The notes under the pieces are model-generated. The model saw only the letters and a list, made by a program, of their open reading frames with translations. It did not search any database and was not told the origin of the DNA. A stretch of DNA of 64,000 nt from Octopus vulgaris (lineage: Eukaryota): positions 71,176,001-71,240,000 of the forward strand of contig OX597828.1 in assembly GCA_951406725.2 (NCBI GenBank). Reading direction: 5' to 3'. The position numbers and the translations under genes were made by a program. Positions 11,585 to 24,107 of the stretch are shown here, in pieces (the stretch's first letter is position 1; each line of letters begins with the position of its first letter).

Positions 11585-13255
11585 ATAGAAGAAAGTTATA
11601 TATACAGGATGTTTATAAATTTTCTTTACAATTTCAAAAATTCAGAAAAAAATATGTTAGGATGACTCAGCAAAGTTTCTTGAAAAAACAGGCAAAGAAA
11701 TAAAAGTTTTATTAGAAACATCAGAACACTTCCATGTGAACTCCATTGGTCACACACAACCTGCTGAGTTAACCTATTTCTTCTAATTGTGAAGGTAATT
11801 TATGGACAGTGTGTGTGTCATTTTAATACTCACTTTTCCATTGCTTGCTTAGGTCAGACTGAGTCTGCTGAGACAGATTTTCTAGAGCCAAATGCCCTTC
11901 CTGCTGCCAACCATTAACTGTTACCAAGTGAGGTATTATTTCCCCATAGCTGGATATGTTTTCACGCGCACACAGACACACACTGGGCTTCTTTCAGTTT
12001 CCATCTGCCAAATCCACTCGTAAGGCATTGGTCAGCCCAGAGCTAGAGTAAAAGATACTTGTGCAAGGTGTCATACAGGGGAATTGAACCTGAAACCATG
12101 TGGCCCAGAAGCAAACTTCTCAACCACACACCCACACCTGTGCCAATATATGTATGAGAGAGAGAAGGCTGGAGAGAGAGAGAGAGAGAGAGTTTATAGA
12201 TTTACAGGGGAGGAGATGTTACCTATGACAGGTTAGCATCCAGCCCTGTGGCAAATTCATTCCTCATCTCCTTAATACAAGAATTGGAGCTAAATCTCAC
12301 TTTAGTCAGCCTTTGTGGCTTATAAAGTCATCTACTCTAGTTGTTTAGAAAATGTGAGACAACTTTGTCCCTTCATGATTCACCGATGCCAATGTGAGAC
12401 TTCAAGTCCCTTCAAGACCCAAAGTTTCTTTCCCTGACAACGGAGCAGCATTTAAATCACTTCACTGGTTAGTGATAAGATAACTGATAACGTAAAGGAG
12501 ATGCTAAAGTGGTAGACAGATGCTGCAAGGAATAGCTAAAGGTTGGGGGCTAATATGGGAGCTGGAGGGTAAAACTGAAATGTCATCAATGGAGGAAATA
12601 TTTTATCTTTAATTTATTCAGGCAAACAATTCCACCCTAAAACTGGTACTTTAGGTGTTAGTATTTCATTCCATGTTTGTATGTGGGTTTGATGGATATA
12701 GGAAGCTATAGAATTACATCAGTAATTCTACTGATACAGTATAATGATAGAGTAACAATATGTGTATGTGTGTGTGTGAACTAGAACAATTATTATAATA
12801 CTATGTGTAGAGAAGAATGAGAAATTACAGTACAAATAACAATTAACAGAATAATTTTTAAATATGTAGGGGTGTGTGAGTATGTACTCATACACACATT
12901 TTAAATGGAAGTTTTGTTATTTCTCTGGTACCCAAGGTTTCTCTGCAGACAAAGCATTTTTCAAGCCAAGTTCCAAATATGAAAGACATCCCACACACAA
13001 ATATTTATGTCACAGCATGGGAGGCAGAATTGATTATCTTTATAAAAAAAAAATCTCATCACTATTTTACTTGTTTCAGTTATTGGACTGCAGCCATTCT
13101 GGAGCATCGCTTTGTAAGGTTAGTAAAAAAAAATTACCCCAGTACTTATTCTATCAATCACTTTCACTAAATCACTAGGTCATGGAGATGTAAACAAACC
13201 AACACTGGTTGTCAAGTGATGGGATGACAAACACAAACACATGCATATGCAGATT

Positions 13256-13468
13256 TATTTCTTTATTGCCCACAGGGGGCCAAACAAGGACAGACAAAGA
13301 GATTAAGTCGATTACATCGATCCCAGTGTATAACTGGTACTTATTTAACCGACCCTGAAAGGATGAAAAGCAAAGTCGACTTTGGTGGGAATTGAACTCA
13401 GAACATAACAGCAGATGAAATACTATTAAGCATGTCACCCAGCATGCTAACAATTCTGCCAGCTTGCA
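13256..13468 (-). mobile_element. SINE family B inserted into an older family A copy
   Basis: Family A tail part (13063-13240) and head part (13470-13610) lie on either side. Confidence 0.7.
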
Positions 13469-13751
13469 CGCATACACATATGGGATTCCACACAGTTTCT
13501 ATCCACCAAATTCACTTATAAGGCATTAGACAGGAGTTGAAGACACCTTCCTATGGTGCTGCACCATGGAGTTGAACTCAAAGCTATATGCTTTCAAAGC
13601 AAGCTCCTTAACCTAGTTCCACATCTTTGCAAATATTCAATGACCACCACATTGAATTTTGCTCTAATTCAGAACCACCAGAATTCCTCTTAAATTGTCT
13701 CCACCTCACTCTCTAAATTTATAATTGTTTCAACGTGTTCAATATTCTTTC

Positions 13752-14112
13752 ATCTTTTACTTGTTTCAGTCATTAGCACGGCCAAGCTGGGGCACCACCT
13801 TGAAGAATTTCAGTCGAACTATTCGATGACTGTACTTACTTTCTTTTTAAACCTGATGCTTATTCCATCGATCTCTTTTACTGAACTGCTAAGTTATGGG
13901 GACAGAAACAAACCAACATCAAGCAGTAAGGAGGGGGACAAACACAAAGACACACACAACAGGCTTCTTTCAGTTTCCGTCTACCAAATCCACTCACAAG
14001 GCTTTGGTTGTCCTGAGGCTATGGTAGAAGACACTTGCCCAAGGTGCCACACAGTGGGACTGAACATGGAACCATGTGGTTGGGACACAAACCTCTTACC
14101 ACACAGCCACAC
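13752..14112 (-). mobile_element. SINE family A (older subfamily)
   Basis: TTTTACTTGTTTCAGTCATT...CTTGCCCAAGGTGCCACACAGTGGGACTGAAC...TTACCACACAGCCA. Confidence 0.8.
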
Positions 14113-14446
14113 CTTCACCTCTAATATTACAGAATTTTCAAAAAAATTAAGGAGAATCAAATACATCACCCTTTCTACAAAAACATCATCAACAATTTAA
14201 TATCCACCTTTCCATGCTGGCATGGGTTGGACGAGACACATTTCACACTGTTTTACAATCAAATGCCAACCTTGCCCCATCTGCTGGTTGTTTTGTAGAA
14301 ACTCCCAGCTGATGTGTTTTTAGCCCAGGTCAGCCCTCATCTGGCAGATCTATGATCTGATCAAAGATATTCCAACACTGACCATGCTGTTTATTGCCAA
14401 TATGCAGGGAATGCAGGATCACATTATGCATGACCTTTTATTTTGT

Positions 14447-14688
14447 ACATTATTTACATTAGATGGATATTTGTCCTCATCTTGTTTGTTGTTAACACAA
14501 CGTTTTGGCTGATATACCTTCCAGCCTTCATCAGGTGTCTTGGGGAAATTTCGAACCTGGGTTCTCATTCCTAAGGTATATTTCGATGTTATTGTTATTA
14601 TCATTATTATTATTATTATTCAGGTTACTGCCAGGAATCGAACTCGGAATCTTGGGGTTAGTAGCTCATGCTCTTAACCACTACACTA
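14447..14688 (-). mobile_element. tRNA-headed retroposon carrying a hammerhead-like motif, bounded by a 10-bp TSD
   Basis: TSD TTTATTTTGT at 14437-14446 and 14689-14698; A box TAGTGTAGTGG (14688-14678), B box GAGTTCGATTCC (14645-14634), (AAT)n linker, then hammerhead-like fold at 14494-14539. Confidence 0.8.
14494..14539 (-). ncRNA. Minimal hammerhead-ribozyme-like motif
   Basis: GACAC-CTGATGA-A-GGCTG-gaaggtatat-CAGCC-AAAA-CG-T-T-GTGTT: helix I GACAC/GTGTT, CUGAUGA core, 5-bp helix II, loopless palindromic ACGU helix III; G12 is replaced by A in a CpG context. Confidence 0.6.
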
Positions 14689-15730
14689 TTTATTTTGTGA
14701 TAGTAAGGTGAAACCTGAGAGAGACTTAGCTACTATTTCTGACACACTGAGGTTCCTTTGTTATGCCATAGGGTTCTATATCCTCTTCCTCCAAATTAAA
14801 ATTCCTTTTGATGCCAAATAGTTTTTTTTGTTTCTATGGCAACAGTCTACAATTGCTGCCAATATAAAGAGATAATTAGATAAATTATAAACCATCTTTC
14901 AAAAAGTTATTTAAAATATATTTCTATGGTTTAGAATGCAATCCTTACATCATCATCACTTTATATCCGTTGTTCCTGGTATATTTGGGTATTTGCACAA
15001 ATTCTTGGAGCAGATATTTTATAACATGAAGAAACCACAAAACAAGCATTATAATTCTTTAAAATCTCTTGTTTTTAACTGGAAGAAACCTGTTCAAAGA
15101 GCAAAGAAGCTCATTTTCCCTAAAATTTGATTCTACTAAAGAAGTTTGGCATTGCTATAAGTGAGTGGTTTCAAACTTTAGCACAAAGCCAGCAAGTTCG
15201 AGGTGGAGGGAAGGTGCTATGTTGATTACATCGGCTCCAGGGCTCAACTGGTACTTATTGTATTGACCCTGAAAGGGAAGATGAGTAAAGTCGACCCCAT
15301 TAGGAACTTGAACCCAGAATGTAAAGGCAGATGAAATGCTACTAAGCATTTTGCCTGACATGTTAACAATTCTGCTGGCTTGATGCCTTATAAATGTACC
15401 GATATTGACCACTTAGAGAAATCTATACTCATTCCATCATCTTTGTATTTTGCCATCAGCTTTTTCTGTAGACACAGGTTGGGAAGCTCATGTAGTTCCA
15501 GGTTCAATCCCTCTGCATGGCACCTTGGACAAGTGTCTTCAACTATAGCCTTAGTCTGACTAAAGCCTTGTGAATGGATTTGGGAGACGGAAATTGGAAG
15601 AAGCCTGTCATATATATATATATATATATATGTTAGAAGGTTTGGAGATGACGTACAGGTATTATATATTAGAAGAAATGAGCTACTCAAAAATCTGGAT
15701 TGGTACTCAGATTTCTGAGTACTTCATTTC

Positions 15731-15766
<36 letters not shown>

Positions 15767-16664
15767 TGTCTATGTGTGTCTGTGTATGTCACTGCCACCT
15801 CTAGTTCCTGTAACTTAGCAGTTTGGAAAAAGAGGTAGATAGAATAAGTACCAGGCTGAGCAAAAAAAAGTCCTGGAATCAATTCATTTGACTAAAAATT
15901 CTTCAAGGTAGTGCCCCAGCATGGCCACCGTCTAATGACTAAAACAAGTGAAAGACAAAAGATACTTTAATGGGCCACATGTAATTCTTTGCAGCACATT
16001 TTTTACAGCTGGATGCTCTTCCTGTTGCCAACACTCACCAGTTTCCAAGCGAAGTGATATTTACTCAAGGCCTTCACACACAAACAGGACTGCCAATGCT
16101 CACAATTGGAGCAAGATTCGAAACTGAATCATCAGATTGCAAAGTTTAAATCATGGCATAGCAACAACTTGTTTATGGACCAACCGGCAGCCTGACTTCA
16201 AGTGATGGATCATTCTAGATCTTTCTGAGAATGTCCCTGTACAATGGTCATAAAAAGGCATGTTTTTAGAGCTAACCTTTAGCGTGTGGCAACCTGCAGT
16301 TCAGCCCCACACACTCTCTAGCTGTTTATAATAGTCGTTTCCACTGCTGCTACTCAAACCTTGGTATGTCGTTAGAGTTGGTTGGCTTAAATCTAATGTA
16401 CGTACTTTTTCCTGTCTTAGCAAGCTTAATTAAGTACAGAGATTTTGTAATCAACTATTTATGAATGCTACAGAATTATTCTTTCAACTGTGTTGACTTG
16501 TTAAAACTTTCTAATTCATGACGAACCTGAAAATTTTCCAGTGCACTGAAACGAAACTCATGATTAAATGTTTGCGAGGTGTTGTTGCACCACTTGCATG
16601 CAGCTATAGTGCAAACACGTTTGTGATGCAGTCCTTGACAGAGAGTTAAAATAAGAAGACTTAC

Positions 16665-16778
16665 TTCAGTGGAATAACTGGAGTTACTTTCCCCATCTTC
16701 AGGGTAAAGATGAACCCTTCAACAGCAATAAAAAGGAACTGACTGAATGTTACGATGTTGCCGCTGCTGGGGGCTTCA
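16665..16778 (-). CDS. SLC35B4: SLC35B4 coding exon 2 (UDP-GlcNAc/UDP-xylose transporter)
   Basis: tttatctttcAG|T GAA GCC...CTG AA|GTAAGT, 114 nt, phase 2 at both ends; (N)EAPSSGNIVTFSQFLFIAVEGFIFTLKMGKVTPVIPL matches recalled human PGCGNIVTFAQFLFIAVEGFLF...PAIPI and splices in frame to exon 1. Confidence 0.96.
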
Positions 16779-16907
16779 CTGAAAGATAAACGATACAGAA
16801 TCATAAGAGAAACACACAGCATAATATAACGGAACATATGTTATTGGCAATATAGGACTGGCAATGAAAATATTATTATTATGGAACATGATAATAATCA
16901 AACACAG

Positions 16908-17166
16908 TGAGAGTACATGGCCCAGTGGTTAGGCTGTTGTACTCACATTCGCTACATCATGGGTTCGATTCCAAGATGGGGCAGTGATTTTGTTCTTGAG
17001 CAAGACATTTCATTTCACATTGCTACAGTCCTCCTTTCAATCAGCAGGGTATGTTGGCCAGCTCACCTAGCGGGTGGAGTGGCATCATTCGACAGCTAAA
17101 ACAATGCAATGCAAAGTGCATTGTGACCAGTGATGTGTAACAACAACAGCTAGTCTGGTCATGGTG
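16908..17166 (+). mobile_element. tRNA-derived SINE with family I CORE-like body and family H tail
   Basis: TGGCCCAGTGG and GGTTCGATTCC boxes, TTCTTGAGCAAGACATTTCATTTCAC body, tail GCTAAAACAATGC...CATTGTGACCAGTGATGTGTAACAAC. Confidence 0.7.
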
Positions 17167-17527
17167 TTATTGAACATATATCATACACAATACAGAACTG
17201 GCAATATAAACATTATAAGAGATCATGGTGTGTTATAACAGAACTGATAAGTGGATAATGAAGAACTAATGAAAAAAGCATGATAGATGTGTTATAGAAT
17301 AGTTTACAATTCGCAACAGAAGCAACAGATGTGATGTAGAAGATAGGGCAACAATCACAATGGACAGTTATAGAAAATAAAGTAATAATAGCAGAAGATA
17401 AAGTGTGATAAGAGAACATGTATTATAAACAATACAGAACTACTAAGAGAAATACTTTTATTATTTCATGTAACAATTTCCACACCTTAAAATATGCTTT
17501 ATTTATTTATTTATTTATTTTTTAAAA

Positions 17528-17712
17528 TTTACTTCAGTCATTTGACTGTGACCATGCTGGAGTACTGCCTTTAGTCGAGCAAATCGACCCCAGGACTTAT
17601 TCTTTGTAAGCCTAGTACTTATTCTGTCAGTCTCTTTTGCCAAACTGCTAAGTTACGGGGACATAAACACACCAACATCAGTTGCCAAGCGATGGTGGGG
17701 GGACAAACACAG

Positions 17713-17766
<54 letters not shown>

Positions 17767-17938
17767 CATACATACGATGAGCTTCTTTCAGTTTCCATCT
17801 ACCAAATCCATTCATAAGGCTTTGGTCAGCCTGAGGCTATAGTAGAAGACACTTACCCAAGGTGCCATGCAGTGAGACTGAACCTGGAATCATGTGGTTG
17901 GTAAGTAAGCTACTTACCACATAGCCACTCCTACGCCT
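17528..17938 (-). mobile_element. SINE family A, full length
   Basis: Same head, body and tail as 11181-11584. Confidence 0.85.
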
Positions 17939-18645
17939 GTTATCAATTTTTACAATAGAAAAATTCTACAATTTGGGAGTGGAACCCTAACAAGAAAAGC
18001 CAAATTCTTCGAAAAGTGATGGCAGTGGTAAGTGAAACTGTAAATATCAATTAGAGCAGAGGTGAGGAAAATTCTTTTTAGCACCTGGTAAAATTATTAT
18101 TGTAACACACCTGTAGGAGTGCAATTGGATGGAGAAAAATAATGATTTTTATAGATTTATAGAAACTGTAACTCCCTACATCCACTCTTCAACCTGACTA
18201 TTACCACCATCCTCATCATTTAGCATCTGTTGTCCATGCTGACATGGGTTGGACAGTTTGACCAGGGCTGGCAAGGCTGGAAGGCTGCACCAGACACTCC
18301 AGTCAGACACTCAATCTTTAAAATTGTTATCTACCTCCCATCACTTATTCTTTTGCCTCCCAATCTTCTGTATACTCTTGCAACCTCCAACCCACACTCC
18401 TGGTCCCCCTGTCCCCAATGACTTCTACTTTACCTCATATCTTGAGGGTCCACCCTGCATTTGCACATGACCAACACAGGCCTAGTAGCCTAATTACTGT
18501 AGCCCCTCAAAATGATATTTGACCCCCAAGGTAATACATACCCTACAAATCCAGTTAATATTACAAAAATATATAATACCACCCCAACATTTCAAGTATA
18601 AACATTTATATATTCTCCATAATATAAACCACGACCAATATGTAT

Positions 18646-18878
18646 ATCATCATCGTCGTTTAACGTCCGCTTTCCACGCTAGCATGGGTTTGACGGTTTG
18701 ACTGTGGGCTGGCAAACCAGATGGCTGCACCAGGCTCAATCTGATCTGGCAGAGTTTCTACAGCTGGATGCCCTTCCTAACGCCAACCACTCTGAGAGTG
18801 TAGTGGGTGCTTTTATGTGACACCGGCACGGGGGTCAGTCAGGCAGTACTGGCAACGACCTTGCTCGAATTTTTTTAC
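18646..18878 (-). mobile_element. RTE LINE 3'UTR copy (family C)
   Basis: CATCGTCGTTTAACGTCCGCTTTCC...GGATGCCCTTCCTAACGCCAACC. Confidence 0.8.
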
Positions 18879-19654
18879 ATATAAACAAATAAAAAGAAAA
18901 AGAATCTCCATTAGCATGAGTATATCGCAACACCCAACCATAATTAACATCCCGTATAATATGAATAAGATTGCTTTGAGGAAGACAAGCAGTGGTCCAT
19001 GGATGCAAGTCTCACCTCTACATGCCACAGATGTTCACAAACTTGAGTCAATGTAGTTTGGCATTGGTGTTGTTGCAGACATTGCTGTTAGAACACAAAG
19101 AACTGGAGCAGATACCACAAGGCATCTTGTCAGACCCTCTAACAGTCCCATCAATCCGTTGCTTGGGACTGAATCTTCTCTTTTATTGACCTTGAAAGGA
19201 TGCAAAGTGAAGTTGACCCCAGCAGGATTTGAACTCACATTGCAATGCAATGGAAAAAATACCACAAAGCATTCTATCCAACACAAATTATTCTATCATT
19301 TCATCACTTTCTTGGTAATAGAGTTTCTGTCATATTTTTTTAAACACACACACACTGAGTCATACACACACAAACACACTGAGTCACAGTTACTCACACA
19401 TGGTGAGTCTTTCACACACTAACTTCACTAAATGATAAATCTACAGTTATTAGTTAGCCCTAAAAATCAACAATGACTGAGCAGGCATGTGATCAAAGTC
19501 ACTCCACCCATGACCATCACATTAACAAATGTTTTTTCGTTTGTTTTGATTTTTATAAGTTTTATCAGGTCAGGTGACAGTATGGATGCATTTTTATTGA
19601 CTCATTAAGTCTGCAGTTAACAGGTGAAGTCATACAATTTGACTGATTTTTTTC

Positions 19655-19830
19655 ATCATCATCATTTAACATCCGTTTTCCATGCTGGCATGGGTTGGAT
19701 GGATTGACAGAAGCTGACAAGGCCAGGGGCCACAAAAGGTTACATTGTCAGTTCTGGCTTGGTTTGTACAGCTTGATGCCCTTCCTAGTGCCATCTGCTT
19801 TACAGATTGTACTAGGCAATTTTCACCTTT
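19655..19830 (-). mobile_element. Older RTE 3'UTR copy leading directly into the 26-bp array
   Basis: (CAT)nTTAACATCCGTTTTCCATGCTGGCATGGGTTGG...GATGCCCTTCCTAGTGCC. Confidence 0.7.
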
Positions 19831-21067
19831 TTACATGACACCGTCCCCAGTGCCTTTTACGTGGTACCATCACCAGTGCTTTTCATGTGGCACCATCACC
19901 AGTGCTTTTCATGTGGCACCATCACCAGTGCTTTTCATGTGGCACCATCACCAGTGCTTTTCATGTGGCACCATCACCAGTGCTTTTCATGTGGCACCAT
20001 CACCAGTGCTTTTCATGTGGCACCATCACCAGTGCTTTTTATGTGGCACCATCACCAGTGCTTTTCATGTGACACCATCACCAGTGCTTTTCATGTGGCA
20101 CCATCACCAGTGCTTTTCTTGTGGCACCATCACCAGTGCTTTTCTTGTGGCACCATCACCAGTGCTTTTCATGTGGCACCATCACCAGTGCTTTTTATGT
20201 GGCACCATCACCAGTGCTTTTCATGTGACACCATCACCAGTGCTTTTCATGTGGCACCATCACCAGTGCTTTTCTTGTGGCACCATCACCAGTGCTTTTC
20301 GTGTGGCACCATCACCAGTGCTTTTCTTGTGGCACCATCACCAGTGCTTTTCATGTGGCACCATCACCAGTGCTTTTCGTGTGGCACCATCACCAGTGCT
20401 TTTCGTGTGGCACCATCACCAGTGCTTTTCGTGTGGCACCATCACCAGTGCTTTTCATGTGGCACCATCACCAATGCTTTTCATGTGGCACCATCACCAA
20501 TGCTTTTCGTGTGGCACCATCACCAGTGCTTTTCATGTGGCACCATCACCAGTGCTTTTCGTGTGGCACCATCACCAGTGCTTTTCGTGTGGCACCATCA
20601 CCAGTGCTTTTCGTGTGGCACCATCACCAGTGCTTTTCGTGTGGCACCATCACCAGTGCTTTTCATGTGGCACCATCACCAATGCTTTTCGTGTGGCATC
20701 ATCACCAGTGCTTTTCATGTGGGACCATCACCAGTGCTTTTCGTGTGGCACCATCACCAGTGCTTTTCATGTGGCACAATCACCAGTGCTTTTCATGTGG
20801 CACAATCACAAGTGCTTTTCATGTGGCACAATCACCAGTGCTTTTCATGTGGCACCATTGCCAGTGCTTTTCATGTGGCACCATCACCAGTGCTTTTCGT
20901 GTGGCACCATCACCAGTGCTTTTCATGTGGCACCATCACCAGTGCTTTTCATGTGGCACAATCACCAGTGCTTTTTATGTGGCACCATCACCAGTGCTTT
21001 TCTTGTGGCACCATCACCAGTGCTTTTTATGTGGCACCGTCCCCAGTGCTTTTTACGTGGTACCAGT
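19830..21067. repeat. 26-bp minisatellite, about 47 units
   Basis: Unit GTGGCACCATCACCAGTGCTTTTCAT with few variants (CGT, CTT, TAT, GACA); no unique spacers. Confidence 0.97.
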
Positions 21068-21882
21068 CACTCTTCTCTTCAGTTATTTCTGAACCTGCAA
21101 CAGAGACATCTAACAAACTGAATAACCACAACAATATGAAGGAAATAGCAGGGGGGGAGGGATGGGGGAGTATGTCTTATATACCCCATGTTTCATTACC
21201 ATCACCATCATCATCATCATCGTATGTCTGCCTTTTCTTGCTGGTGCAGGCTGGGCAGTTTTCTGCAAGACAACCAGATGCCTTTCCTATCACCAACCTT
21301 TTTGGTCACCTTTCACAGTACACAAACAAGGATGTATCATAGCTGTACTAAAACTGGGATAAACATAGTACAAAATATCTCACCAGGTTTAGCAAATGAA
21401 ATTATAGACCAAGCATAAACAGCTGTTGTATAGCACTATTTGATCAATAATACTACCAACATAACGGTTTTAGTAATATATTATAAGCAGTTAATAATAA
21501 GCATATGGAGTTAAAATAACATATTAACAAGTTCATAGTAGTACGAATTAACTACAAAGATTTTAATGTAAATGATATCAAAGAACTATAAGAACCAATT
21601 TGAGAGAAGGAAGAGAAAGGAACTAGGTCCATTGATAGAGCACCAATGACAGAAATGAATAACAATCCAGCTGTGCCCCACCAGCAGAGTCTGTTGTTCT
21701 TTTCTGTCTCACATTGGTATGTATAATATTTAATGTGTTGGTATTATTTTGTGTTTATATCAAATCTTTCCTACTTTATATGCAATTTTGTGCATTTTTT
21801 GTGATGTTTATTAAATTATTCAAATAGTTAAAGGGAAGTCAATGAGGAATAAATCATCAAATGATTCATAATAACAACAAGC

Positions 21883-22620
21883 GGGAGAGCATTACATGCC
21901 ATCAAAGTGACATTGGGGTACAAATATACAAAGCCCAACACATCCATAATGACTACCTGTGTGATCAAGGTGTACCAGGCACATGCATCACAACTATACG
22001 TACACGACATGGTAACCTCATATCAAAACAAACAGTACATGACCTTGCAGGTAGGATCAAATAGCCTGTCCCATTCAAAAGGTCTCTGAATAAGGGTTGT
22101 TTAAGGATGATGAACAAAACACCCATGCTTCCAGGGGTGAAATATTCAAAACCCACAGAGTCCTTCTCAATACATGGCTCTAATGCTATGCAACTACTGC
22201 TCATGATCAGAGATGCACATATTGTCAATTACTAAGGGACATGCTCAACTCATTAAGGTCAGACAACTGATAAGCAGATCTGTGGTACTGAGCAGAATAG
22301 GGCGACGAACTGGCAGAAACGTTAGCACACCGGGCGAAATGCGTAGCCGTATTTCGTCTGCCGTTACGTTCTGAGTTCAAATTCCGCTGAGGTCGACTTT
22401 GCCTTTCATCCTTTCGGGGTCGATAAATTAAGTACCAGTTACGCACTGGGGTCGATATAATCGACTTAAACCATCTGTCTGTCCTTGTTTGTCCTCCTTG
22501 TTTGTCCCCTTGTGGGTAATAAAGAAATAGGTACTGAGCAGAGTATTTGCTATAGCCCACCTTTTACACCAAAACAAATCATGTACATATTAACACTTCC
22601 AATCAGTTAAGATCAGAAGC
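21883..22620. mobile_element. Unclassified ~560-bp family G copy, inverted relative to 26381 and interrupted by a SINE
   Basis: Reverse-complement similarity to 26381-26937, e.g. CATGCCATCAAAGTGACATTGGGGTA and CAATCAGTTAAGATCAGAAGCC. Confidence 0.75.
22300..22529 (+). mobile_element. Young full-length SINE family B with 16-bp TSD
   Basis: TGGCAGAAACGTTAG and GAGTTCAAATTCC boxes; TSD GGTACTGAGCAGA(A/G)TA at 22284-22299 and 22530-22545. Confidence 0.9.
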
Positions 22621-23232
22621 CTTTTTTTTTTCTACTAAAGGCAAAAATTTTGAGTGAGGAGAATAGTTGATTTTGTTGGCCTGAGCACTCAACCGGTACT
22701 CATTTCATCAACCCTGAAAGGATGAAAGGCGAAGTCGACCTTGGTAAAATGTGAACCTAGAACATAAAGCTGGAGGAAATGACTGATGTGGTAATGATTC
22801 TGCCACCTTGCAACATTAATAATAATAATGATAATAATAATAATAATAATAATAATAATTTCAAATTTTGGACAAGACCAGCAAATTTCGGGAGAGGGGA
22901 TAAGCTGATTTGAACTCAAATACTGCCCCTTCCACTAAAAATTGCTGGCCTTGTACCAAAATCACAATTAATATAAGCTGGCAGAATTGTTAGTTCAAAA
23001 GACAAAATGCTTAGCAGTATCCCTTCCAGATGTTGAAGTTCTGAGTTCAAGTCCTACAGGAGTCAACTTTGTCTTTTATCCTTTCAAGGATGATAAAATA
23101 CAGTAGTAGTCAAAAACTGGGGTCAATGTAATCAACTACCCCCTTCCCCTAGAATCACTGGCCTTCAGCAACTAAAATCATATTTCTTACACAGACACAC
23201 ACAGGTATGTGTATGTATATATTCTTTTTTTT

Positions 23233-23592
23233 TCTTTTATTTGTTTCAGTCATTTGACTGCGGCCATGCTGGAGCACCGCCTTTAGTCAAGAAAATCGAC
23301 TCCAAGACTTATTCTTTGTAAGCCTAGTACTTATTCTATTGGTCTCTCTTGCCAAACCACTAAGTGACGGGGACGTAAACACACCAGCACCAGTTGTCAA
23401 GCGATGTTGGAGGGACAACATGTAATATATATATATATACAACAGGCTTCTTTCAGTTTCTGTCTGCCAAATCCACTCATAAGGCTTTGGTCGGCCTGAA
23501 GCTATAGTCGAAGACACTTGCCCAAGGTGCCACACAGTGGGACTGAACCCGGAGCCATGTAGTTGGTAAGCAAGCTACTTACCACACAGCCA
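23233..23592 (-). mobile_element. SINE family A
   Basis: Full body and head; an extra head fragment lies at 23652-23737. Confidence 0.85.
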
Positions 23593-23920
23593 GATGGGTA
23601 CCAATATCCCATGTGGAAGGCTTGATAATTGTTGATAATTCTCTGAGCATGAGAAGACACTTGGTCAAGGTGCTCTGCAGTGGGACTGAACCCAGATCCA
23701 TATGGTCGCAAAGCAAACTTCTTACCACACAGCCATGATTTCAAAATCTTTTGTATCTCACGCTTAGGTGGGTTTACTCTTGGTACACACACACCCACAC
23801 ATACAAAGCCTACAAGAATTGGCAGTCCTGAACCTTCATGTCTTCCTGTTCCACACACACACACAACTTAGCACTCTACCAGATGGGTATTTCTGAAACC
23901 AGATGGTAAGGCCATTGAGT

Positions 23921-23982
<62 letters not shown>

Positions 23983-24107
23983 GGGGTTTTCTGTTTCCTT
24001 TTAGTTTCCCAAGTGCTCAAGATTATTTCTTCTCCTTATATCACCGACCTTTATCATCTTCATAAGACAATAAGAATACTAAGAAATTATAAAACAATAA
24101 TGCTAGC

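Noticed and set aside
11601-11810. TACAGGATGTTTATAAA as a mariner TIR
   Set aside because: No matching second TIR or transposase remnant found by eye
19745-21342. 458-aa and 493-aa His/Cys-rich ORFs, and a CRISPR-like look
   Set aside because: Pure 26-bp tandem repeat open in all plus frames, with no unique spacers and no cas genes in a eukaryotic intron
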